A stretch of 64,000 bases of DNA from Candidatus Heimdallarchaeota archaeon (GCA_018238155.1 JABCTZ010000045.1:1-64000), one strand, 5' to 3'. Positions 29,328-40,046 are shown, numbered from the stretch's first letter. The notes: generated from the sequence alone by a model not told the origin. A program made the numbers and translations.

Positions 29328-29562
29328 TATTTATTTCTCCTAGTAAGTTATAACTAACTAAATCTATTAATTTCATTATCTCATAATCAATAACAACATT
29401 TACTGATTTGAAGGTTTTTAATTAAATTACTACTTTTATAAGGTATTTTTACCTTTGCCACGAAAGAAAGCCACCTCCTTTAGGTGGTGGATGAATTTCG
29501 CTTGAAAATTCTTGCGATAATACAGATAATGACTATCATACTAAATACCATTGTGACTCCAG

Positions 29563-29694
29563 ATGGACTATCGAAGAGAAACTCACAAAGTATATTCATT
29601 ACATTATCACATTATTTTCGTAGTAAAATACCGCAAAAGAGTTTTCATCGAGGGGTCCAACTGTTGCCCTAAAATATGGACAAATAGGACATAG
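29563..29694 (+). pseudogene. tnpA: Truncated Y1 transposase TnpA (N-terminal ~31 codons)
   Basis: MDYRRETHKVYSLHYHIIFVVKYRKRVF is the classic TnpA N-terminus; breaks off at about 29655. Confidence 0.85.
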
Positions 29695-29713
29695 TAAAAT
29701 ATGTGAAAAAAAT

Positions 29714-31030
29714 TCAGTGAAACTTGTTGTATGGAACAATTTTCGGGAAATCTGTTGAATTGGGATCAAGGATCATAAAGCAGCGTTGATGATAAAGGGC
29801 ACCTTTACTGGTCCAGTGACCAAGACCATACACTCGATCACGCTCATTATAGAATCGAGTATGAAGGTGACCAAAAACAAGATGAGTTTCAGGAAGAATA
29901 TCAGGTAACCAAATCCTGCCTTTTTCGATCAATTTTCTTTTTGCTTGTTGAGCGGCAATTTCAGCACCCTTACTTTTAACAATGCTTGCATCTACACCAA
30001 CTTTGTTTCCATGAACAAATAATACTTGTTCAGAACCAACCTCTACTTCAGCATAATCTTGATGAAGGAAGTCTGTGAATTGCTCAAGATTACCATCATG
30101 GATAGAAGAGCTTCGAATAAACACTAGTTTAGACCAGAAGCCTTCTTTCATTGCCAGTTCTTTGAATTCACAGAAAGCTTGAAAGCTTTTCCCAGAAATA
30201 TTATCTAATAAATCACCATTAATGATAATAACATCTGCTTGCTTACTCTGTTGCTTAATTGTTTCAAAAAACTCTTCTTTATAGCAAAGCTTGTTTGTAA
30301 GATGAATATCTGAAAAGGCAATTATCTTGTTCTCTTTGAAATTCATCTGCTCTGGATTAATTTCTGATAACAATTCATCATTCATTTCTACCTCAGAAAT
30401 TTTTGCTAAATCATCAAATAACACTTTGAGTGATTCTTTCACACCTCCAGGAAACAAGCCAAGAATTTCGCCATAACAATTAATGCAACCATTTTTGCAA
30501 GAACAATCATTTAATCTTTTGAGCGTTTGAACAGCGACTTTTTGTAAATGAGTAAACAAATATTCAGAGTTGCCATTTGGATCACCTTTATCATAAACAG
30601 CTATTTGATTTGAGTTAATAGCCAAAGCAAATTCATTGCCAGGGATAGAAAGAACAGATTCGATCTCAACTTGAAGAACCTTGCCAAAATGCTCTAATAT
30701 TTTTTTTGTTTCAAGCTCTTTTGGTTTAACAATTTCGTTTTTCAAAGTAAAAATAATGCCATCAGACCGCTCAGTAATTGCTAACTCTTCTGATCTTTTA
30801 TGCGACAAATCTTGCAAGAAAAAGTCCTTCTTATCATTTTCACCAGCATTATCAAAAACAATCCTATCTGGATTAGAGTTGACAATTGCAGCTGGTGGCT
30901 GTTTAATTGACACATTGGAAAAACTAACAGCTAATAACTCTGTTCCTTTTGCTTTCTTGGAAAAAACACCAGAAGCTATCTGAGGGTCAAATAAGCGATT
31001 AGTTAAACCAAAAGAAGAACAAATACCAGT
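29714..31030 (-). pseudogene. 5'-truncated gene: DUF1998 (Hrq1/YprA helicase C-terminal Zn domain) fused to a calcineurin-like metallophosphoesterase
   Basis: VYD...G.S...CSCKNGCINC; SDIH, NGD, HD, VHG, GHLH; frame is open upstream of 30913 to the junction at about 31030. Confidence 0.7.
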
Positions 31031-31806
31031 CGAAAAATAGGATTGGTTTGATAGAGAAGTGGTTCTCGTAAGTGTTCATATTTTCGAGCGTTGATTGGTT
31101 GTCCATTGAGGAAATTAAAGAAGCGAACGATCCATTTGCATAAGATGTTCACATTCCAAGCATTAGCGTTTGACTGTTTGAACACCTCTATTTTTGAATC
31201 GAATTTTTTTTTCAGCAAGACAGCGAGGTTCTCTATGTGCTGTTTTGAAGCATCGATGATATTAATGAAATATTTCGCCAAGTGACCATCTCCCATGACC
31301 ACACCTGTAAGGTAAGCAAGGTCTTCAGAAAGAAAAAGTGGCAACCGGAAATTTTCACCTCGAGCAGATTGGAATTTAACAAACTCTTTTCCATTAAAAA
31401 ATTCTCGCCAATCGTCAAAAAGCCGGAAAATCGGAAAAGGTAATCGGTGCTGTTCTTCCAAATAATCGATGATCTTTTTTTGCCAATCTCTAATAAAGCG
31501 GTTATAATTTGAACCTTGAAAATAGTGATGCGTTTTTTCTGCTAAAGAAAGAGATTGTTTTCTAATTATTGTAATAATTTCTTCATCTAGGAGAATGTAA
31601 GGTAAAGACTGAAGAATACGTTCCCCCGTTACAAAATCCATCCGCCGAACCATGATGGAGTAAAGCAGGAATTTATCGTTAGTTGTGAAGATCTTCTCTC
31701 TTTGCTGGTCCTCTATAAGATCGTTTGCAGTAAACCAAGCGTTTTGTACTAATGGTTCAGCATCCACTAGTAAAGGATCCGTACGCCAATTGAGAAAGAC
31801 ACTCAT
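31003..31806 (-). pseudogene. 3'-truncated LAGLIDADG-family protein, paralog of 40047-41630
   Basis: Same N-terminal domain and LAYLTGVVMGDG; ends just before the second LAGLIDADG motif. Confidence 0.8.
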
Positions 31807-32002
31807 GAATAGATATTTCTCCTACAAGATAATAGTGACCACAGTTTTTAAATGCCTCTTTGTTTAGCTGTTCGAAAAGCTAAAAAATTAACTATTCTAT
31901 TAAGTAAAAGATAATACTTTCAGTCATCTCTCTAATAGACTATTTATATATCGAGCTAAACATACTAGTACGTAGAAAAGATCGCTACCAGGAGCATGTA
32001 AA

Positions 32003-33259
32003 ATGGAATTAAAGCGCGCATACAAGTTCAGACTCTATCCTGATGCGGAGCAAAGACAAGCTCTGCATAAGACATTTGGATGTTGCAGGTTGCTCTATAA
32101 TGTCATGCTTAATGAGCGAAAAGAAGTATATGAATGGCTAAAAGAGGATAAAGAAAGGTTGTACGCATACAAGTACAAGACCGAGAGGGAATACAAAGAA
32201 GAATATCCTTTCCTTCTAGAAGTGGATGCAAAAGCATTACAATCATCCACGTGGAACCTTCTGGTTGCTTATCAAAACTTCTACAGGGGTAAACGAACTG
32301 GTGAAAAGATCGGTCATCCAAAGTTCAAGTCTAAGAAGAGAAGCAAGGAGTCTTACACCACTCACAACATCAATAATAATATCAAAATTGACTTCGAAGA
32401 GAAAAAGATAAAGCTGCCCAAAATAAAGACCAGGATTGTTTATCGCGATAAACGAACCTTCGACGAGCAGATAAGACAAGTAACCGTCTCAAAAACCAAG
32501 AGCGGAGAATACTACGTCTCGATACTTGTCGAACAGGAAAGAGAAGTTAAAATAAAAACAGAGATAAAAGAAGAGAAAATACAAGCGTTCGACATGTCCT
32601 TCCTGAAATTCCTCGTGGCAACCGAGAACGAATATCAGAACCCGCGCTTCTATCGTAACGAGGAAAAGCGGTTGCAGAGACTACATCGACGCTTAAGTCG
32701 AAAAGAGAAGGGGTCAAAGAATCGCACAAAAGCACGAATAGATCTCGCACGGAAGTACCAGCAAATCAAAGATCGAAAGAAAGACTGGACGCATAAACTG
32801 ACTCATGAGCTATCGAAGGAATATGATGCGATTATTTTAGAGAACCTTAATATTGAAGGTATGAAGCAGTTCAATAAAGGGCATGCAAAGACCGTCACAC
32901 TTGATTTTTCTTGGGGACAGTTTGTCAGGGTACTACGATACAAAATGGCGCAACAAGGAAAGCATCTAGTGCTGGTCGATCGGTTCTTTCCCTCTTCAAA
33001 ATTATGCTCGAATTGTGATTGTAAGTATGATGATTTGAAGCTTAGTGAACGTAAGTGGACTTGTCAAGAATGCGGGGTCGAACACGACAGAGATCGAAAT
33101 GCTGCCAAGAACCTTCTAAAAGAAGGAATCACTATCTTACAGTCATTAGGAATAATGATAAAATCTACCAGCGGGACACGGAAAGTTACGCCTGTGGAGA
33201 TGATGTCAGACGCCACTCGTGGCGCAATCGTCGACGAAGCAGGAATCCACCCTCTTTAG
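32003..33259 (+). CDS. tnpB: RNA-guided endonuclease TnpB (IS605 group)
   Basis: RAYKFRLYP HTH, RuvC D (AFDM), E (ILENL), CxxC/CxxC, D (DRDRNAA). Confidence 0.95.
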   Translation: MELKRAYKFRLYPDAEQRQALHKTFGCCRLLYNVMLNERKEVYEWLKEDKERLYAYKYKTEREYKEEYPFLLEVDAKALQSSTWNLLVAYQNFYRGKRTGEKIGHPKFKSKKRSKESYTTHNINNNIKIDFEEKKIKLPKIKTRIVYRDKRTFDEQIRQVTVSKTKSGEYYVSILVEQEREVKIKTEIKEEKIQAFDMSFLKFLVATENEYQNPRFYRNEEKRLQRLHRRLSRKEKGSKNRTKARIDLARKYQQIKDRKKDWTHKLTHELSKEYDAIILENLNIEGMKQFNKGHAKTVTLDFSWGQFVRVLRYKMAQQGKHLVLVDRFFPSSKLCSNCDCKYDDLKLSERKWTCQECGVEHDRDRNAAKNLLKEGITILQSLGIMIKSTSGTRKVTPVEMMSDATRGAIVDEAGIHPL

Positions 33260-33358
33260 GGGGTGGTAGTTCAACTATATTTAGTATTACAATCAATTGC
33301 TATCTTTCAAAGAATTTAAATAGCTGATATCTTCATTTCGATTCATTGGTGTTTCATA

Positions 33359-33640
33359 ATGGCGCTTAGACAAAGTGTAAATAAACGCAAAGGCAAATGG
33401 GGCAGAACAAAGGAATTCGAATCCATTGAGCGTGCACTCATCATTGATGATGTCCTCAGAGATAAAATGCTCAAAGAAGTTCCTAAACAAAGAGTAATCA
33501 CACCCACATCAGTTTGCAAAAGATATCAAGTTAGAATGCATGTTGCAAACAGTATTATCAAAGAATTGATTTCTTCTGGTTCTATCGTTTTCCATGAAAA
33601 AACTGCCTATACTAACGTTTACAAGCCAGCTCAAGCATAA
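33359..33640 (+). CDS. rps25e: 30S ribosomal protein S25e
   Basis: KWG...KMLKEVPK.RVITP..V..RY...VA..I.EL...G.I. Confidence 0.85.
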   Translation: MALRQSVNKRKGKWGRTKEFESIERALIIDDVLRDKMLKEVPKQRVITPTSVCKRYQVRMHVANSIIKELISSGSIVFHEKTAYTNVYKPAQA

Positions 33641-33680
33641 TCTAAAATGTTTGACTGGATTATATCGTTATTTTTCTAAA

Positions 33681-34118
33681 TCATTTTAGAGTAATTTTAT
33701 CCGTAAAAATTACTTCTACATCTTTAAATTTTCCATTTTCTCTTAATAGGTATCCCTTTGGTTTAGTTGGTTCAGAAGTACTACTAATTAGCCATACACT
33801 CGGATTTACCTCCATGAATTTTTTATCAGTTCCAGAGGGATAAGGAGGAGCAGGATGTGTATGAAATATTCCAACTACTTCCAAATCACTTTCATCGATT
33901 TTAGTGTAGATTTCGAGTAAAACTAAAGGATCAACTGTAAAAGAAACAGTTGATTTGTCTATATTTTCGGGGGTAAAAACTTCCTCTGCTAGAGCTTGTC
34001 TTTCTTTGATCGTTCCAGCAATAATTGATACTGATTCGTATGGAGCAATATTTTTTGCATGTATAACCATTTTTTCGAATAGTTCTTCTGGAATAACAAT
34101 TCTATCAATATCAATCAT
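33681..34118 (-). CDS. JAB1/MPN (JAMM) metalloprotease
   Basis: E...FHTHP....PSGTD JAMM motif. Confidence 0.9.
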   Translation of the reverse strand: MIDIDRIVIPEELFEKMVIHAKNIAPYESVSIIAGTIKERQALAEEVFTPENIDKSTVSFTVDPLVLLEIYTKIDESDLEVVGIFHTHPAPPYPSGTDKKFMEVNPSVWLISSTSEPTKPKGYLLRENGKFKDVEVIFTDKITLK

Positions 34119-34133
34119 ACATTATATTGAAAT

Positions 34134-36656
34134 TCACTCCGTAATAAATTTTTTATGTATCTTCAAATAATCTTGTGTCTCTTTACTATCAAGTATTTGA
34201 TTACCGCCTTCGCATCGTATTGAGAAAATATGCTTTCCTTCTTTTTTTATAAAAACTGGAGTATCTGAAGGATTAATATTAATTATGCAAATATCTTTAC
34301 TCTCAATTTTTAGAAAAGATATATTGTAGAAGTCATTATACTGAGGACCAATGTAACTATTTATACAGTCTTTCAAATATAATCTAAAACCATCTCTATT
34401 CTGTTTTTTTTTCTCGGGAAAAGTTAAGTAATCAATTTCTAAACCACCTATTTCTCCAGAATCTTTTACTCCTATAATCAGTTGACCACCATCAGTATTC
34501 ATCATGGAACTAATCGTTTTAACTATTTTAAATTTCAATTCATTATTTATTTCTTTTTTATGTTTATTAAATCTCATATATTCTTTATATTCAAAGGTCT
34601 TTGTTTCACCAATACTGATTCTGTGTTTTATTTCATCTAAATCGTCTTTATGCGCTCGATCTAAATCTATACCTACATCTTTTTCGGATCGATTAAGATA
34701 CCATAATCTTGCTAATAATCTATATTCAGTTATTTGATCAGTTTCAAGATGACCTAATAAAAATAACTTTTCTAACTCTTTTGCAGCTCTACTATTAACG
34801 CCATTAATTCTAGAAAGAGAAAGAGCAATCCAGAATTTTATATAATCATCTTCAATTGAATTCAAAATATTCTGAAGGAAAAATATCGTATCTGAACCAC
34901 CTATTTTGCCTAAAGCGTAAATCGCTTTTGCGCTAATCCTTTTATCATTACTTTTCTCTGAAATTTCAGTTAAATAAGGTACTATTTTTTCTGCTTTATT
35001 TCCAAGTAACTCTATTACGTGTATTATTTCCCATAATTTATTGGAATCCTTAATTGATAGAAGTTTAATGAGTGCAGATATGCCCTTGTCTCCATTTATT
35101 GTTGAAATAGCATATGTTGCTGTTCTAAATATATCATCATCTCTTTTAACAATTTCAAATAAAAATGGTATTACACTTTCGTCACCTATTTGTCCTAATG
35201 AATTAATAGCCTCATCTCGAATTATCTTTTGTGTATCATTTTGCATTGCTCTAACTAGAGAAGGTATAGATTCCACAAATTCTAAAGTTCCTAAAGCTCG
35301 TGCAGCATCGAATCTTACCCAAGAATTAGAATCGTTCAACAAAGCTTCGCATAGAGCATCCATTACATCAATTTTTTTTACATAACTGAACTTTTGAGTT
35401 ATTATTCTTCTATTTTCAAAATCTGAGTCATTTTTTAATAGATTAACAAGTGTTTCTGTTAGATTCTTGTTTTCAAATATAGATAAATCATCATTAAAAT
35501 TATTTAGTATTTCTTTTCGTTCTTTTACTTTTGTTTTATTTTGTAGAATACCTATTATTTTATCAGTTTTGCCTGATTGTAATGCTTCTAAATCTGATAA
35601 CTTATTATCATCTGCAATTGGGTCAAATTCTTCCTCAAATGATACCCATTGATTAGCTGTTAATTCACCATCACTATGCATTTCCCAATAGATACTAAAG
35701 CTAATTTCTCTTTCTCCAGTTTCTGCTAACAAACAAACTAAATCAAATTTTATTAAATCATTTTTTGGATCTTTTATTGCTTCGATTAAGATTTTTTGGA
35801 CTTTTTTACTATTTTCACAGACATTTTGGAAAATTCTCGCAGCATCCTTTCTAATTTTAATATTATCTTCTCTCTTTATTATCTCTAGGAGATCTTCTTT
35901 GCCACTTGAGATTTCGCCAATTTCTAATAGAGATTTGTACGCTTGCTTTCGAACCTTTGAGCTTCTATCTAATTGCTTAACTAAAATTAAAACGATGATT
36001 ACTTCTTTATTACCAAGAATTTTACCAAAGAATTTAGCTACCAATAATCTAATTCTGTAATCATTGCAATTTCTTATTGTTTCAACTAAATCATCAAATT
36101 CTTTATCTTCTATTTGATTGAAAACTGAAAAAAGTGTAGCATCAATATCTTCATCAGATAATAGTTGAAGATTATTACTCATTTTTATTAATATTTTAAT
36201 TAAGGAAAATAAATTATCTTCGGAGATTTTGTGATAATATAACATTAGTTCTAATGCTTCTAAAATTGCAACTAGAGCTATATCTGCTTTTTCCTTTTTA
36301 AGTGATTCAATTAAGAAAGGGAAAATATCCCTTGGAAGAATATGAAATCTTCCAATACACCAAAATGCTACAGATCTTATTCGGGGTATGTTGTGATCTC
36401 TACTGATTTTGATAAGAGCAGGTAATGCCTCAAGAGCCTTCATTTTCCCCAATAAGTATCCTGCTTGCCAACTTTTATCGTAATCTTTACTATTAGCTAC
36501 GATTTCAATTAAATCTTGAATAGGTTTATCTGAATAACCAATCAATTTAAGTAGATTAGGTGATTCCCACCAAAGATTATCCACTCTCAGATATTTAATT
36601 TGATTAATTGATTTTCTAAATTCATTTTCATTTAATTCCACTCTAATTACATCCAT
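34134..36656 (-). CDS. HEAT-repeat protein with C-terminal Schlafen/AlbA_2 domain
   Basis: Many VR..AA.ALG HEAT units; C-terminal GETKTFEYK...ISSMMNTDGGQLIIGVKD. Confidence 0.85.
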   Translation of the reverse strand: MDVIRVELNENEFRKSINQIKYLRVDNLWWESPNLLKLIGYSDKPIQDLIEIVANSKDYDKSWQAGYLLGKMKALEALPALIKISRDHNIPRIRSVAFWCIGRFHILPRDIFPFLIESLKKEKADIALVAILEALELMLYYHKISEDNLFSLIKILIKMSNNLQLLSDEDIDATLFSVFNQIEDKEFDDLVETIRNCNDYRIRLLVAKFFGKILGNKEVIIVLILVKQLDRSSKVRKQAYKSLLEIGEISSGKEDLLEIIKREDNIKIRKDAARIFQNVCENSKKVQKILIEAIKDPKNDLIKFDLVCLLAETGEREISFSIYWEMHSDGELTANQWVSFEEEFDPIADDNKLSDLEALQSGKTDKIIGILQNKTKVKERKEILNNFNDDLSIFENKNLTETLVNLLKNDSDFENRRIITQKFSYVKKIDVMDALCEALLNDSNSWVRFDAARALGTLEFVESIPSLVRAMQNDTQKIIRDEAINSLGQIGDESVIPFLFEIVKRDDDIFRTATYAISTINGDKGISALIKLLSIKDSNKLWEIIHVIELLGNKAEKIVPYLTEISEKSNDKRISAKAIYALGKIGGSDTIFFLQNILNSIEDDYIKFWIALSLSRINGVNSRAAKELEKLFLLGHLETDQITEYRLLARLWYLNRSEKDVGIDLDRAHKDDLDEIKHRISIGETKTFEYKEYMRFNKHKKEINNELKFKIVKTISSMMNTDGGQLIIGVKDSGEIGGLEIDYLTFPEKKKQNRDGFRLYLKDCINSYIGPQYNDFYNISFLKIESKDICIININPSDTPVFIKKEGKHIFSIRCEGGNQILDSKETQDYLKIHKKFITE

Positions 36657-36775
36657 TTCCTAATTCAAATTGAATAATAAGTTATAATATTAGCTTTTGA
36701 TATATGTAAATCTCATCCTAAAAGCTTTTCAAGCATACTAAAAAGACTTCTCCAATTTTCTAATGATCCTTGTAA

Positions 36776-37294
36776 CTATTGTGTGTCATCATTCGGAAGA
36801 ATAATTAAATCTTGAAAATCAGTGATTCGCATATTTTTATCCAGCTCCATCTGTTGCTTTTCAGCTTTCTTTTCTTCCTGTATATCCTCTTCTGTTGGAA
36901 ATATCTTCCACCAAAGTTTCTTAATTTGTTTAGGAATGACTATAACAGTAATACCAAATAAAATACCACAAACAAGAAAATATCCAAAAATATTAGAAAT
37001 ATATTTCCAATCTTCGCGTAATAGATTTCCCCATTGAGAAATATCCTCACTATTAACAAATAACCGTAATAATTGACCTGAAAATACCACATAAAGTAAT
37101 GATACAAATGCACCTAATGTAAAAATAAATAGCACAACTAATAGGAGATAACCAATCTTCTTTATGGTATTCGTAAACCATATTTTGGTATTATATAAGA
37201 GAAAAAGAAATAATACATAATTTCTTCTTTGTCTTAGTTTTAGATCTCTCTTAATTAGAAATTCATTAAATTCCCTATTGTTCAATAATGTCAT
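36776..37294 (-). CDS. Hypothetical membrane protein
   Basis: 2-3 hydrophobic segments; GGTGT RBS. Confidence 0.6.
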   Translation of the reverse strand: MTLLNNREFNEFLIKRDLKLRQRRNYVLFLFLLYNTKIWFTNTIKKIGYLLLVVLFIFTLGAFVSLLYVVFSGQLLRLFVNSEDISQWGNLLREDWKYISNIFGYFLVCGILFGITVIVIPKQIKKLWWKIFPTEEDIQEEKKAEKQQMELDKNMRITDFQDLIILPNDDTQ

Positions 37295-37444
37295 AATTAC
37301 ACCTATATAAACAATGGAAAACCTGAGTATAAAAGGCGTTTTATGGCAAAATTTGTAATCAAAAATTACAACAAAAAATGCGATTATATTATAAAAGAAT
37401 ATTCAATTCAGCAAATTGAATTATTAAAGAGCTGATTCTATTAG

Positions 37445-37471
37445 AAAAAAGTTATCCCTAGAAGGGATAAC
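37445..37471 (-). terminator. Hairpin + U-tract terminator
   Basis: GTTATCCCT/AGGGATAAC stem followed by T6 on the minus strand, 20 nt after the 41-aa ORF. Confidence 0.6.
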
Positions 37472-37491
37472 GAAATTTTGAAGATAAAAGA

Positions 37492-37617
37492 TCATTCATC
37501 TTCTTCATCTTCAGGATTAAGTTGTCTGCTGTGATTGTCAATATCATCCTTATAAGCAGAATTGTTGGGATTTTTCACGTTAGATCTTTGATCATTTCGA
37601 GATTGTCTTTTAGACAT
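37492..37617 (-). CDS. 41-aa Asn/Asp-rich peptide, not in ORF track
   Basis: MSKRQSRNDQRSNVKNPNNSAYKDDIDNHSRQLNPEDEEDE; GAGGTGA RBS; own terminator. Confidence 0.7.
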   Translation of the reverse strand: MSKRQSRNDQRSNVKNPNNSAYKDDIDNHSRQLNPEDEEDE

Positions 37618-37880
37618 TATGATTTTCACCTCTTTTTATTTTATTAAAAAGAAACAATAAACCACATGCTTCAAGAGTTTGTCTTTATAAGGAAACAGTT
37701 TTTGTATATATGTTTACACCTTTTCTTGAGCAAACATTACTATGAAGCACTTGAAATTCACCATTTCAAGGCAAGTAATCTAATAATTACTCAATACAAA
37801 AACGTTCAACCAACATTAAAAACCTTTACAAATTCACTTCATGACTTCAACTTTATTTTGTTAATGGCTTGCTCTTTTTT

Positions 37881-38030
37881 CTATTTTCGAATGACCATTG
37901 AGCCATTTTCCAAGGTAATAATTAATGTATCACCTTTTTCAATATTCAATTCTTCGGCAATTTCAAGTGGAATGTTAATCATCAGACTATTATTATTATC
38001 CTGAACTTTTCGCTTAAATTTTATCGGCAA
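37881..38030 (-). CDS. AbrB/MazE/SpoVT DNA-binding protein, not in ORF track
   Basis: RKVQ..NNSLMINIPLEIAEELNIEKGD.L; TTG start after GGTGA. Confidence 0.85.
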   Translation of the reverse strand: MPIKFKRKVQDNNNSLMINIPLEIAEELNIEKGDTLIITLENGSMVIRK

Positions 38031-38106
38031 TATCATTCACCAATATAAAATATGATAATGGAAGCATTTAAATATTATTATTACCAATTGGTTATATGGT
38101 GGTAAA

Positions 38107-39705
38107 ATGTCTTCATATTTCAAAAATTATTATTTCAAAATAACTCTCCCAAAAAGCAAAGAAGAATACTTGGGCAATTTCAAAGATTTAATAGAGACAG
38201 CAACAAGTCAATCACTGGAGAGACTCTGGTCGGAAGAATGGATAATACAGTTAGGAACAACTACGGTAAAAGCACATTCCATTGTTACTGCAGGACGTAT
38301 AAACATTGAACAAGAAGGGGAAAAAATATATCTCCCCTCTTGAGTGCGAATGGGAATAGCAGAACGTATTGGTAGAATTCTAAGAAGTCAATATAAGAGA
38401 ATGAGATGTTTCAATGATTGTTTGAAAATCATAGAAATTGTGGGAGTGAATGAAAGCGAAAGCAAACTCATTAAATTAATGAACCAGACCTTTAAAGGGT
38501 CCAAGAATAAACCATATTATAAGAAAGTGCTACTACTACAAAACATCCGATTGATTAAAAATTGGCAACAAAAAATTAGTGTTGATTTTCATATGTTATC
38601 TTACTGTAACTTAGTGAAACCAATAATTAAAAATTTTGTTTTTCCTTATAGTCCAGATAACTACCGAGAATTAGATTATGTTATTAAACATACCAGTATT
38701 TGGTTTAAAATCAGACTACCAATAACAACCAATTCCAGAAGCATTAATGATTGGGAGTGGATAGAAGGACAAATTCCTATACCTGAAAAACTACAAGAAA
38801 AAATTGATGAAAGCACAAACCAACACCCAAAGAAACCAAGAATGATAATAAAAACACTCAAGGGAGGAAAGGAATATTTCTTTTTCAGTTTCCCTTGGGA
38901 TTTTAAAAGGAAAATAATGGAACGTAAAGAACGAGCTCGCGCTCTTGCTGTCGATCTCGGTTTGAAGAAAATTGCTACCGCAGTAGTTTGCGAAAAGGAC
39001 AAGCAATTATCAAAACCAATCTTCCTCAAGGTTACTTCAAAACAATATCAACATATTGAACGATTATACAAACGCCTTCAGGGGATATCTTTACAAATGA
39101 AAAGAAAACTTGGAGATCATCGAAGACTGCAAGAAGAACAAGCAAGAATTTATAGAAAACTTTCTCGAATAAAACATCAGATTGTACAAACAACTGCTGT
39201 AATTCTCATTGACAAAGCGAAGCAATGGAATTGTAATGAAATCATTCTTGAGGATTTGCGAACTTTCAGTCCTAAGAAGGGATTAAAGAAATGGTCACGA
39301 CGATTAAATGAATGGTTATATGGACAAATTACTCAAATATTAGAGTATAAAACAAAGGAAGAAGGAATTAAACTACTAAAGGTTGCTCCTTGGGGAACAT
39401 CTAATCATTGCTCAAGATGTACTAACACTCAAGGTTTGAAAGTGATAAATCCAACTAATCTCACACCAAAAAAAAGTGGGAGATGGTTCTATTGTCCAAA
39501 TTGTGGATTCAACGTTGATAGAGATTACAATGCAGCTTTGAATATTTTCCGTGCAAAATTCATCAATTATCGGAAAATAAAAAGTCTTAAAGACACCAGC
39601 CCTATCCCCTATACGGAGATAGGAATCCCTTCGCCCAACTGTTCTTGGCGAAGGTCCAGAAATGACCTAACAACTACTCAAGTGGTGTTAGTGACTGGGG
39701 GGTAA
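38107..39705 (+). pseudogene. tnpB: Large TnpB/Cas12f-like nuclease split by an in-frame TGA (38341-38343)
   Basis: 78-aa and 453-aa ORFs are in one frame (YLPS*VRMGIAE); RuvC VDLG, LEDL, CxxC/CxxC, DRDYNAA. Confidence 0.85.
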
Positions 39706-39800
39706 AGAAAATTCTTAACCTAAATGAAAAGAACGGTTAGGTTTAGGACCTTGCGTTTTAAAAAGAGTTGCAATAAAAAACAAATTTGGACAATAGGTGA
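39595..39800 (+). ncRNA. Putative omega/re-RNA overlapping the 3' end of the large tnpB (ends approximate)
   Basis: Consecutive hairpins CCTATC/GATAGG, CCTTCGCC/GGCGAAGG, CTAACA/TGTTAG at the position expected for a TnpB guide scaffold. Confidence 0.5.
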
Positions 39801-39857
39801 TTTTTTATACCATAGTAAGCATTTATAAAATCTAAGTGAAAAAATTCTCTTAGTTCT

Positions 39858-39945
39858 GCGGGGATAGCCCAGCACGGTCAAAGGCGCAGGATTTAGGCTC
39901 CTGTCTCGTAGGAGTACGCGCGTTCAAATCGCGTTCCCCGCACCA
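39858..39945 (+). tRNA. tRNA-Leu(TAG)
   Basis: GCGGGGA/TCCCCGC acceptor, CAGGA-TT-TAG-GC-TCCTG anticodon arm, long variable arm, CCA. Confidence 0.95.
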
Positions 39946-40046
39946 ATCACACTATTTTCTTTTATTTATTGTTTCTTTCATTCATTGTTTTAAACTAAGA
40001 TGACTTTAAGAAAGAAAAAATGTACTATTATTACAGGAGAAATTAG

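Larger units (their letters stand above)
29453..33274 (+). mobile_element. IS200/IS605-family element with IS608-like ends and internal cargo
   Basis: LE: TTAC then 18 nt ending AAAG, then hairpin CCACCTCCTTTAGGTGGTGG; RE: GAAT + CCACCCTCTTTAGGGGGTGG + TAGTTCAA; tnpA remnant and tnpB inside. Confidence 0.75.

Noticed and set aside
38341-38343. Selenocysteine readthrough of the TGA in the large tnpB
   Set aside because: Position is not a Cys/redox site; a CGA(Arg)->TGA transition is simpler
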